DNA of 64,000 nt from Lingula anatina (lineage: Eukaryota > Animalia > Brachiopoda): the NCBI GenBank assembly GCA_051362555.1, contig CM120648.1:7932587-7996586 (forward strand), read 5' to 3'. The notes beneath the pieces are model-generated. The model was given only the letters and a program-made list of their open reading frames with translations, made no database searches and had not been told where the DNA came from. A program made the translations under genes and the position numbers. Shown one piece after another: positions 40,301 through 51,898 of the stretch; the stretch's first letter is position 1, and every line of letters starts with the position of its first letter.

Positions 40301-43300
40301 CTCCTTCAACCTTTATTTCAGATTGACCAGCCTGTGCTGGGTATGCCGAGCCGTGAGTACTATACAGAAAGATTATATCTGGAACCCTATAGAAAATTCA
40401 TGATAGAAATAGCCAAGCTATTGGGAGCGGATGGTGAAGATGTCATACAGTCTATTGAGAAAGTGCTCAGTCTGGAAATAATGTTGGCAAACGTATGTAT
40501 TTTGTTTTGTACCACAAGGTGGAAGGTTTTCTGATATTTATTGTACCACCAGCGTTAGCGCTGGCGGTACACATGGTTTCGGTCCCGTCCGGATCGTTCC
40601 GCCGGCTCCGCCGGACGGCTACCGTTACCGCTTCTCTTCCTAGACGGTAAGGGCCCCCGTACCCATCTCATGGATTTAGGTCACCTATAATCTCAACTCG
40701 TTCCACGTAAAATTTGGGCTTAGTCGGTATTGGGGTCTGGGTGTGGCACTCATTACAATGCACCCTTGTCTAAAAATGGCAAAATTAAATGCTAATTATC
40801 TACCCTACGGAAGGAGTTATGGGAAAAATTTCTATAGACGGCTTTCCAAAAGTCATATGTGTAGATTTCAAATATACCCTTGGATTTGACCTTTGACCTT
40901 TACTTCAAGGTCAAATGGGCCAAAATTTTCAAAAAAATGAAATTTTTTACGAAAAAAATTTTTTTTGCCCTGTTATTCAGACACTGCACAGACTTAACCA
41001 ATAATATTATTGGAAAGTGTTACCCTTCAGGTCATCTTTCATCTCCATGAATTTGGGGTCAATCGGTGCATTTTCACGGGAGTAGCGGCCATAAGGTACC
41101 GAAACTGAAAACTGTCTCTAATTCGGGAACCGTTAATGCTAGAGACCCATTCTTTTTTGCATTTTGTAGAGCATGTAAAGCCCAACACTGGAGGTGGTCT
41201 CGGTTTTTTTGTATTCCATACGGTTTTCGAGTTACGCTGTATCAAAAAGTACATATTGGTGGTAAAAGCAAAATGTGCAGTACGGTAATGGATAATAAAT
41301 TTTGAACTCTGGAAAAATAAAACATAAGGCTTGGAAAAGCAGACAACTTATGTTCAAAAATGACATTATTTCATCAAATTTGAACTTCTGAAACTTCAGA
41401 GCACCTCCTATTTCAAGAATTTTGACCAAAATGACATTTTCTTTATTTTAATTAATTTTTTCTGTACGAAATTTAAGGCACATTATGGTAACTCCAAAAT
41501 TATAACATTTAGTCCCTTATATCTCCAAAACTGGCAGAGATAGGTCCATAGTTACTATTGAAGTTGAATAGGAAGTCATATACTGGCTATCTTTCTGTGA
41601 CCTTAAAATTGACCTTTGACCTACTTTTCACCATGAACTGAACTTTGCAAATTTTGCTTCCCTTTTATCTCCAAAACTGGCAGAGATAGGTCCATAGTTA
41701 CTATTGAACTTGAATAGGAAGTCATATACTGGCAATCTAAATGTGATCTTAAAATTGACCTTTGACCTACTTTTCACCATGAACTGAACTTTGCAAATTT
41801 TGCTTCCCTTTTATCTCCAAAACTGGCAGAGATAGGTCCGTCGTTACTATTGAACTTGAATAGAAAGTCATATACTGGCAATCTAAATGTGACCTTGAAA
41901 TTGACCTTTGACCTACTTTTCACCATGAATTGAACTTTGCAAATTTTGCTTTCCTTTTATCTCCAAAACTGGCAGAGATAGGTCCGTAGTTACTATTGAA
42001 CTTGAATAGGAAGTCATATACTGGCAATCTATATGTGACCTTAAAATTGACCTTTGACCTACTTTTCACCATGAATTGAACTTTGCAAATTTTGCTTCCC
42101 TTTTATCTCCAAAACTGGCAGAGATAGGTCCATAGTTACTATTGAACTTGAATAGGAAGTCATATACTAGCAATCTAAATGTGACCTTAAAATTGACCTT
42201 TGACCTACTTTACACCATGAACTGAATTTTGCAAATTTTGCTTTTCTTTTATCTCCAAAACTGGCTGAGATAGGTCCATAGTTACTATTGAACTTGAATA
42301 GAAAGTCATATACTGGCAATATAAATGTGACCTTGTAATTGACCTTTGACCTACTTTTCACCATGAATTGAACTTTGCAAATTTTGCTTTCCTTTTATCT
42401 CCAAAACTGGCAGAGATAGGTCCGTAGTTACTATTGAACTTGAATAGGAAGTCATATACTGGCAATCTATATGTGACCTTAAAATTGACCTTTGACCTAC
42501 TTTTCACCATGAATTGAACTTTGCAAATTTTGCTTTCCTTTTATCTCCAAAACTGGCAGAGATAGGTCCGTAGTTACTATTGAACTTGAATCGGAAGTCA
42601 TATACTGGCAATCTATATGTGACCTTAAAATTGACCTTTGACCTACTTTTCACCATGAATTGAACTTTGCAAATTTTGCTTTCCTTTTATCTCCAAAACT
42701 GGCAGAGATAGGTCCGTAGTTACTATTGAACTTGAATAGGAAGTCATATACTGGCAATCTTTCTGTGACCTTAAAATTGACCTTTGACCTACTTTTCACC
42801 ATGAACTGAATTTTGCAAATTTTTCTTCCCTTTTATCTCCAAAACTGGCAGAGATAGGTCCATAGTTACTATTGAACTTGAATAGGAAGTCATATACTGG
42901 CAATCTAAATGTGACCTTAAAATTGACCTTTGACCTACTTTTCACCATGAACTGAACTTTGCAAATTTTGCTTTCCTTTTGTCTCCAAAACTGGCAGAGA
43001 TAGGTCCATAGTTACTCTTGAACTTGAATAGGAAGTCATATACTGGCAATTTACTGTGACCTTGAAATTGACCCTTGACCTATCTTACATCTTACGAAGA
43101 ACTTAAATTTGATTGTACCATATATATTTTTTGCAAAAGTTTAAAAATTCTTGTTGATTGCATTTTTACAGCTTGTCAAGCACAAAACTGGTGGCTGTGT
43201 CCCTTATTTTGTGTATGTGGGGGTCTATACGAATGCGCTTGCTCCAGCTGGTGGTACAATATTCGGAGGCGGTATCGCCTCTCTGATCCTCTAGTTTTCC

Positions 43301-46300
43301 ATTTAGATCTTCATCCTCACCCATTTAAATCCACAGGTATGAAATGATTCATAGTAAAAACTGTCACATCACCTTGGCTGGTGGTGCATAGTACATACCC
43401 AGGAAGCAGCCACGCCTCTCTAAATCTAAGCTATCTTTTTTTGAGATTGGAACTGGCATATATTGACATGGGTCCTGTTAGGTCCAGAGCTGAGTGATTA
43501 TTATTATTATAATTATTATTATTATTTTTTTTTATTATTTCAGATCACGATACCACAATCGCAGAAACATGACACTAGCGCCAACTATAATAAATTTTCC
43601 ATTAAAGAGTTAATGCGACAGGTGCCTGGGGTAGGTACATTTAACTTACATAGAACTATAGTGTTTGTCACAGTGCCATGCTTCTGTTAGAGAAAATGTA
43701 GACACATGGGTCACTTCCACCTAATGCATAGAAGCATCTATGATTTTTTGCTAAAGCATATATATTTATTCAATGGACAAATAAGTAATCTCAGAAATAT
43801 AATAATTCTCCTATAAATTGTTGTAAAAATGACAATGAGGATAAGACATCTGAGGTTGATAATGATAAATACTAGCTGAAAGATAAATAAATAATAAAAA
43901 GTTATTTTGTTGAGGAATTTTTTTTTTTTTACTTTTTAATTTCCATGTTTTCAGCACTTCTCTCTTATAATTATAAAACATTATTTTCTTTGTTTGTGGT
44001 TATGTAACATTATTGTATACTTTTTTCCTTGTTTTCTTCTTTCAGATAAAATGGATGAACTATTTTGAGAATTATTTGCAGCTGCCATTTACGCAGGATG
44101 AACCAGTGGTTGTTTTGGCACTCACTTATTTCAGAGACTTGGAAAAGATCGTCCTAAAAACTGATCACAGGTACGACCACTGAAAGACAAATATTATATC
44201 CGACTAAAAACGGATCACAGGTACAACCACCGAAAGACAAAATTATCTTCCTATTAGTAAATAAAGGATTAACACTTTGTTATTGATCTCCACATTTTTT
44301 TAGACTGCTTAATGGCATGTTGGCAACACAATGAACTCCATCATTTGCAATAATAGCATTAAAATTTGGATTGTTCCATTGAATGCGTATATGGAGTCCA
44401 CATTTTAACAAAAGTATAAATTAATATGGAAAATTGGACCTATTATGTAAATATAAGAAGCCTTAAAAGGTTATAACATCTGTTTTGTTTTATTTTGTTT
44501 TGTTTTGACCCTAAGCACAACTAAATTAGAAATACTTATGTTCAAAGCTGATATCTTTATTACAAAAAAAAAAAAAAAAAAATGGCAGCAATTTAAGCCT
44601 GTATCTGGTATTATCAATAGTTAATTATAATAATTGCCCTAGCCACTGGAACACTAGGGATTAGCTTGTTTAGAAGGCAGTGCATGCCCCCATGATTTAA
44701 TCCTACTTTGGCAGGGAGATGATATATTATAAGCTATTAACAGGATTGCATGTTGATATATGTGGTGCCTTTGAAGAGGGAATAGAATGCCCCATTAGTT
44801 TGTATAAAAGTTATGCTTTGATTATGAAAATATTAACAAAGGTGAAATATGGTAGATCTTCTAATGAGATCGTATAATAGCCCATAGTTGTCATAGTCGA
44901 GACACTTTAAGATGGGGCCTTACCCAAAAAGGGCTAAAAATCACATTTTTATAGATAGAATCAACAATAAGTCTTTAAAGAAAAATCCCCAATCCCCTTT
45001 TGTAGTACTTAGTTCAAGTGTTATAATACCAATAAAAGCATGTTTATGGTTGTCCAGGTGCCTGAGAAAATCAAGAAACTGAAAATGATATTTTTGCCCA
45101 AAAATCCCAAAATTACATCACACAATGAACTTGGAGCTGTGTTTCAAGCATGAATAGATGTTTTGAAGATACAACAGGAATAAAAAAGCAAAGACCTTTA
45201 AGATAAAATCTCCAACCTGTAGTCTCCCTGTAAACATACTGAATCTGGAAGATCTTTAGTGATGAAGAAGAATGTATGTAATTATATTGTGTATTACAGA
45301 CCCTGCATTTACAAACAAAAACAACCAATCTCCAATTATACATGTTTGTGACTTGTAGGGTCAGATGGTCTTGTTTTTGTCATTAACTCTAAAAACATTT
45401 AAAAACCATTCCCACAGATATTTAGATCGCTCTATCCCCCTGGGGAGTCTCACTAGATTCCTGTCAGCTTAATCAGCTTAAATGTCTGTCCCGCCTACTA
45501 AAAGCTGTAAGGGGGTAATTAACTTTTGTGCGCACTCGGGTTTCGGAAGCTGACAGCAATTTAGCGTGAACCCCCAGGGAGTTAGGTCGGTCCAGATGGA
45601 TCGATCTAAATCTGTGGGAACCCAGTCTTAGGAAATAAATCAAATGAAAAAATTGCTTGTTTGTGATGCTGTACAGTAGTCATGCATGCATTAGGCGACA
45701 TATAAAATGTTAGATTTAAATTTAAAGTGCTGCAGTATCTGCACAAGTACTGTACATATACTAGTACTTATAAATACCTGTACTTGACTAGTATGTATAT
45801 GTATACCACTGCCAGTATTTACCACTATTTAATCAAATATTGTGTTTCAGAGTTTTGGCAAATTATATGCTGTGGAGACTTGTCAAGCTGTTTGTGCCAG
45901 AACTTAGCAAGGATTTCAGAGAACAGAGAAACTCTTACAGGAAAGTAATACAGGTATGCTATTTTTCTCATATAATAATAATTATGATTCATACTTAGAG
46001 CCACAGGTAATTCTGAGTAATTATCAGTGATTTTGAATACAGAGTCATCAACTAATTTATGAGCCAAATACACAAGCAGGAACTCTCGCTGAATTCAATC
46101 AGTTTCACAGATTAACATTCCTCCTCTTGTTTCCAACCCATTTGTACAATCAGCTTTTCTGTTTTCTTTTCAATGCCAGGAAGAGTTGTGTTAATCTGTA
46201 AAACTGATTGCATTCAGCAACATTCTCGAAGAATGTGTTATGTTACTATGTAGAGCAATAGTTTCATTGAGAACCATATCCCTTTATCACTGTTCTTTAT

Positions 46301-49300
46301 TGTTTATTAGGGTGTAGTTAAAGAAAAAGTGCGCTGGCAGAAATGTGTAGAGTATGCCAACGAGCGTATGGGTATGGCCGTGGGAGCTTTGTTTGTGAGA
46401 GAACATTTCAAGAAAGAGAGTAAAGACACAGTAAGTGAACACCACTTAGCTTGCAAATATTGCCATTGCTGACTTTGTTTGGCAGAAACACTTATGTGCC
46501 CACGTTTACCATTTTCCAACACGTAATTAACATTTTCCTATATAATAAAAATGAATGCAGTTGAAAAACAAATCAGCACTCCCATTCACCTATTCCTGGT
46601 ATCTTTAATTATCACTACCAAGTTCTAATTGTGCATGACCTCACATCTTCTGTTATTTTTATTGTCATCTTCAGGCAACGGAAATGATTAATAACATAAA
46701 GGCAGCTTTCCAGGATCTACTGAGGGAAACGGACTGGATGGATGATGTCACTAAGGAATATGCCATAGCGAAGGTGACTATTAGATATATATATAAATAG
46801 ATTTAATTGGTGATTACTTTAGATGTACAGTGTAGTAACATGCAATGTTCATTTTTTCCTTGCTGGGATATTTATAGGGTGACTAAAAAAATGTTACTAA
46901 GTTCAAAGTTCAATTACTTCAATAGTTCACAAGCTTTTGAATTGAAATTTTGTGCACATTTTCAATACATTATTATTTGTCATCCCTAAAAATGTCAAGT
47001 GATAAAATGAAACAAATTTGATATTTTCATCAAATCAATAACACATTGGCAGGTGTCAGAACTGCCTGACATTGTCACCTGTCAGAAGTCACATAGGCTG
47101 GCATGGTATTTTTTGGCTGAAGATTTTAATTTTTTGGGTGTGCCAAAACAAAGACCCCATTCGCATAGACACCATTGCTCTACTTAGATGGATCCAATTT
47201 TGCAGATCTGACTGAAGACTTGCTGAGAGCAATCACTTAACTGAATAACTTGCATGTTTTGCATGATCACGGCACACCTGTAATGCAGTGTATTCTTATA
47301 AGGAATGTATCTTTTTTTCTTCACTCATACAGTATGTTTCTTCAGTGTTTCAGAACGGCATATCATGTTTTATTCGTTTACAGGCAAGTGCAATGAATGA
47401 AAGGATTGGCTACCCGGAATACATACTGAACAACACTGAGCTGGATAATATATACACAGGGGTAATTGATACTTTTAATACCTTAAAAAGGTGATATGTG
47501 AAAATTCTTAGAATATTTCATACTCATTATAGTTTATTCTGAGTCTTACCCTGGAAAACACTGAACAACAAATTAGAATTCATGTTGCACTGTATAGCTA
47601 CCAGCAGTGCCCATTGATAAGCCAGTAAATCCAGGAATCATGATAAGATTTGAAGATGTCTGGTAAATGCTTTAATTACCTAGCTGTGTCTAACATTTGT
47701 TTGCTTAGTGTTTAAATATATTACATGATTGGAGTGCACTTTTATCTAACCAGGAAATTTTCACCAGGAAATTATGTCTAATCAGGAATTTTTTCACCAG
47801 GAGATCCATGAAGTTTTTCTTTGATTACTTTCAGTTATCTAAGATAAACTGATAGTGCCCTACATTGTTTATATCCATTTTGAAGTACCTACTATATCTC
47901 AAGCCAATTCCCTTCTTCTTTACAGCTTGACTTTAAAAAAGATCAGTACTTTAAAAACTTGGTGAAAGTGGAAGAATTTCTGGCCACAAGGATTGTGAAC
48001 AAGTTAGGCAAGCCTGTGCCACTTGGCATGTAAGTAAAGAGGTGTTCTAGCCAACCTTGAGTTTGTTGAGATATACTTGTAAGATTGTCAGCAAGTTAAG
48101 CAAGCCAATGCCACTTGACATGTAAGTAAAGGAGGTGTTCTAATTAACATTGTGTTTGTTGAGATATATTTGTGACATTTTTCCGAAATGTGATGGTGCT
48201 ACTGGATTTAGCTTAAAAGATCTTGAATTACCAACACCAATCCAATTTGGCAAACAAAAAACCCAACCCCCCCCTCTCCTCCTATTCTCAAACACATAGT
48301 GGGGATTGATCCAACCACTGCCCCTTCCCAAAGGTGAAAAATATGCACTGTCACTTCTGTATGAAGAAGTGTGTACATGACTTGGGCAATTTGTCAGATA
48401 TTCATAAGTAAATGTTAGAACTGAGTTATAACTGAAAGATGAATACAGTTATTATTTATATGGATTGATGTGTCTCGCAAAATTTCTTTTTTTTTTTTTT
48501 TTTTCAGATGGGAACAGGACCCTGCTGTCGTGAATGCTTTCTACAACCCGAATAAAAATGACATTGGTAAATGCTGTACTTTTATAAGTTAAAGCAAATT
48601 TAATATTTTCTTATTCCTCATTATGTATGTTATGTTTTCTTGTTCCGTTTCTTCAGTAACAAAATAGGGACCAGGTGTCTTATGTAACAAAAGTACTGTC
48701 ACAAGATTGAGTTTTTATATTTTTTGCAGCTACTTTTTTGCTTAATGTAGTAAAATGCCATTAAAATTATCATACTACATGTAGTTTATCTTGCATGTCT
48801 GTAACACTTTGACACATTTTAAGTCACAGAGATTGTAAATGAGTATATTGACCAGTTTATCTGTATTAATTATTTTGTATTTCAGTTTTTCCAGCTGGAA
48901 TTTTACAACCTCGGTTTTATAGTTCTACTTTTCCAAAGTAAGAATGATTTTGTTTCTCTTTTGAACTGTTTAAACTAGTACACTATAGTTACAGCATGGT
49001 TTATTGTGAATATAGCGTGTATGCTGTATCACACTTCCTCAAACTTATCACACCTAACACACTTCTTCAAACTTATCACACCCTGCCTACTTCCTCAAAC
49101 TTATCACACCTAACACACTTCCTCAAACTTATCACACCTAACACACTTCCTCAAACTTATCACACCTAACACACTTCCTCAAACTTATCACACCTAACAC
49201 ACTTCCTCAAACTTATCACACCTAACACACTTCTTCAAACTTATCACACCCTGCCTACTTCCTCAAACTTATCACACCTAACACACTTCCTCAAACTTAT

Positions 49301-49800
49301 CACACCTAACACTTTTTCAAACTTCTCATACCTAACACACTTTTTCAAACTTCTCACACCTTTTTCACTTCCTCAGACTTATCATTATTGTTTAATGACT
49401 AAACTTGCTAGTGCTGGGTCACTTTTTGATTAAGCATATTTCCCTTCACATCTTTTTTATAGACTATTTTGCATTTCTCTTACATTTTCAGGTCCTTGAA
49501 CTATGGGGGTATTGGTGTAGTCATAGGACATGAAATAACACATGGATTTGATGATAAAGGTATGAACTAAATCTTAAATTGAGAGGCAAGGGCAATATTT
49601 TTTTTAATATTAATGAAAAGCACACTGTGTCCTGCCTGTAAAATTGAAACAATAAATTTTTAGTTAGTACCATTAGCAAGAGGGAGTCCTGATATTGCCA
49701 CCATGCTCCTCTATAGTAAAAATAAGAACTCGTGAAAAAAGCCTGTTAATGTACCTAAAAAATTACATTCATTACTATACGTTACGCATTTCCTCAGTAA

Positions 49801-49860
<60 letters not shown>

Positions 49861-51322
49861 GATTCCACCCTTATTAGATGTACAGTGTATATAGTCCGGT
49901 ATCAAATAATGCAGGGTCCTCATACTGTACATGTATATTGAAAAAACTGTCTTAGCTCTTAGCCACATATTTTTCTAGCTGAGAACTCATTGTATTATAT
50001 TTTTACAGGCAGGCAGTTTGACAAAAATGGCAACTTAAAGCACTGGATGGACAATCAGACAATAAATGAATTTCGCAAGAAAGCTGACTGCATGACAGAG
50101 CAGTACTCACAGTACAAGCTGGAGCAAATTAACATGAATGTATGTGTAACTTCACAGTTACTGATACCTACATATTTTATTAATATCAATTTGACAGTAT
50201 AAGGAAAACTGTGATTATTATATATTGCCAAGAATTTGACAATATTAGAAATACTATGATAATTTGAGGATAAAACCTCAAATGAAAAGAAGTTGAACAT
50301 TCCATCTTGTCAGTGGTTAACCCTTGTTACCTTTGTTTGAAGATATATGTATAAGTCATTCATTCACTTAAATAACTTAACAAAATGATCAGGCCTGTAA
50401 GCTTTCGTGTACCTGGATAAAACTTACTCTGAGGGGACCTTTTCTCAGCAAAAAGTGTGGTTCTTTTGGACCCCCTACCCCCACCCACCCTCCCACGCCA
50501 TGAGCCTGATGATATGTATTTAATGGTCTTCATTTTAATATGATTTTAATTTGGATTTCAGATTGATGGTAAGAATACAGAGGGGGAGAACATAGCAGAT
50601 AATGGTGGATTGAAGGAGGCATTCAGGGTGGGTGAATGGTGTCCTACTTGTGAATTAATGCCTGAAATGAACTTTCCATTTTCTTTTCTTTTCATTGAAA
50701 AAGAAACAGTATAAAAATGATGAATTGAATTCAAATGGAATTAATTATTTTTAAATAATTTTTTATTCTAAATTTGATATTTTTCAAATGCATTTTAATG
50801 AAAGAAAGCACTCAGTCTGTTAAGATTCCTACTCACATCTGTGACCTAAATTCCATGGACAGTAACAGCAATTATAATAATATAGTTTGCTTGCTTTGAA
50901 ATTCTCATCCTCCTACTTTATCCAGGCATATAGAAGCTGGGTTGCCAAGAATGGAGAAGAACAGAGACTACCAGGACTGAACCTCGATCATAACCAGCTC
51001 TTCTTCTTGAATTATGCCCAGGTATGCTGCTTGAATTATGCTCTAGAGAGATTCTAAAATTCTGTACAGTTTATTTAAATATGAAGATTTTAGAAGGTCA
51101 AAATTCTATGAACTGATGTCCCTTTAAAGGTTGCATGCAGCACTTGGAGACTTAACACCTGTAACCAATCTCTCACCCTTCGCTTGGTGTTTCTGTCTTT
51201 CTCTGATTTCCTTTTAAGGCAATTTTTGAAGGTTCTCTAGTTTCTTCACACACACTGTGTACTAGTATAATACAAGTTGTAAAACTATTTTCAAGAGGTA
51301 CAAATTGTAATTAAGAATCTCT

Positions 51323-51390
<68 letters not shown>

Positions 51391-51898
51391 TGACTGGTTC
51401 CAGATCTGGTGTGGTACCATGAGGGATGAAGAAGCTTTGCACAAGATAAGGACATCAGTGCACAGTCCAGGACCAATCAGGTAGAAAGTGCTGTGGTTTT
51501 TTTTAATTGCTCAAATCCCATTCCCCAATGGCAGCATAAATTAACTTAAGTTGCAGTAGTGCACTTGATTCAGATACAGTACATGTGGCCCATTTGCTGT
51601 CTGCTAGTCATTCCCTCTTATTGTTTTTAGTCAGTTTCAATGAAACTTTATGCCCAAAGACTGAAAAAATTGTTTCATGTGCCTGAATAATTTTTTAAAA
51701 AGGAAAAAAAAAGTGCTTGGTGTAATCTTTTAGTATTCATTTTTCATTTACTTAAATTATTTTTTTAAGTAACCAGAACTTTGTCTCTGTTCTCCTAGGG
51801 TGAGAGTTCCCCTGTCCAACTCCCTGTACTTTGCTGAGGCATATAACTGCCCAGTGGGCAGTGTGATGAATCCAGTCCACAAGTGTGAGGTGTGGTGA
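31405..51898 (+). CDS. Nep1: Neprilysin (M13 zinc metalloendopeptidase, Nep1-like), type II membrane protein, 786 aa, 21 coding exons
   Basis: Phase-consistent GT-AG exons: 31405-31723, 32127-32180, 38662-38823, 39162-39245, 39882-40087, 40322-40492, 43544-43630, 44046-44170, 45851-45953, 46311-46430, 46675-46773, 47384-47461, 47926-48029, 48508-48566, 48886-48937, 49492-49559, 50009-50139, 50562-50627, 50926-51021, 51404-51480, 51799-51898 (2361 nt). N-terminal TM helix, [49 protein letters not shown] and C-terminal CEVW. Confidence 0.96.
34262..34317. repeat. (TG)n microsatellite
   Basis: Perfect TG run; similar runs at 5211-5273 and 49802-49855. Confidence 0.95.
34410..34737 (+). mobile_element. 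Probable Helentron-type non-autonomous element remnant (different family)
   Basis: 3' end gccttggtggaggttggtgctctctcagtgcttttctagtt resembles Helitron2/HINE termini ending in CTAG followed by TT; 5' boundary uncertain. Confidence 0.45.
37276..37447. mobile_element. CAGGGG-TIR MITE (hAT-like ends)
   Basis: caggggccgat...gatctgcccctg; a second copy at 54329-54480 shares the internal sequence. Confidence 0.7.
39275..39488. mobile_element. GATCGATC-rich Tourist/PIF-Harbinger-like MITE in a neprilysin intron
   Basis: TIR cattcccagagatttaga...tctaaaatctctgggaatg with TAA on both flanks. Confidence 0.85.
40539..43294 (+). mobile_element. Non-autonomous Helentron/Helitron2-type element (HINE/DINE-1-like) with a central satellite array
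   Basis: Perfect 15-bp subterminal inverted repeat tattgtaccaccagc (40539-40553) / gctggtggtacaata (43247-43261); 5' local hairpin tgtaccaccagcg..cgctggcggtaca; ccgt/ccgg microsatellite-like patch; 3' stem-loop gaggcg-gtat-cgcctc; ends in CTAG within a T run; no coding capacity seen. Confidence 0.85.
41521..43082. repeat. 146-bp tandem satellite array, about 10.7 copies
   Basis: Unit starts at 41521, 41667, 41813, 41959, 42105, 42251, 42397, 42543, 42689, 42835 and 42981, an exact 146-bp period. Confidence 0.97.
45404..45627. mobile_element. GATCGATC-rich MITE copy
   Basis: ttcccacagatatttagatcg...cgatctaaatctgtgggaa inverted ends; reverse-oriented match to 39275-39488. Confidence 0.8.
46080..46225. 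mobile_element. MITE with GAACTCTCGCTGAATGCAATCAG-type TIRs
   Basis: gaactctcgctgaattcaatcagttt...aaactgattgcattcagcaacattc; related fragments at about 38095-38212, 47218-47250, 54775-54815 and 22300-22715. Confidence 0.7.
49030..49385. repeat. 28-bp minisatellite, about 12.5 copies
   Basis: Unit acttcctcaaacttatcacacctaacac with starts at 49033, 49061, 49089, 49117 and onward. Confidence 0.95.
49492..49559 (+). CDS. Nep1: Neprilysin exon with the HExxH zinc-binding motif
   Basis: [22 protein letters not shown], bounded by tttcag| and |gtatga. Confidence 0.96.
51317..51389. repeat. Compound (CT)n(AT)n microsatellite just upstream of a splice acceptor
   Basis: Ends about 14 nt before the exon starting at 51404. 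Confidence 0.9.

Noticed and set aside
41521-43082. Regular repeat array as a possible CRISPR array
   Set aside because: Units are contiguous and near-identical with no unique spacers, no cas genes are present, and the context is a eukaryotic intron.
49030-49385. 28-bp repeats as CRISPR direct repeats
   Set aside because: Head-to-tail minisatellite with no spacers.
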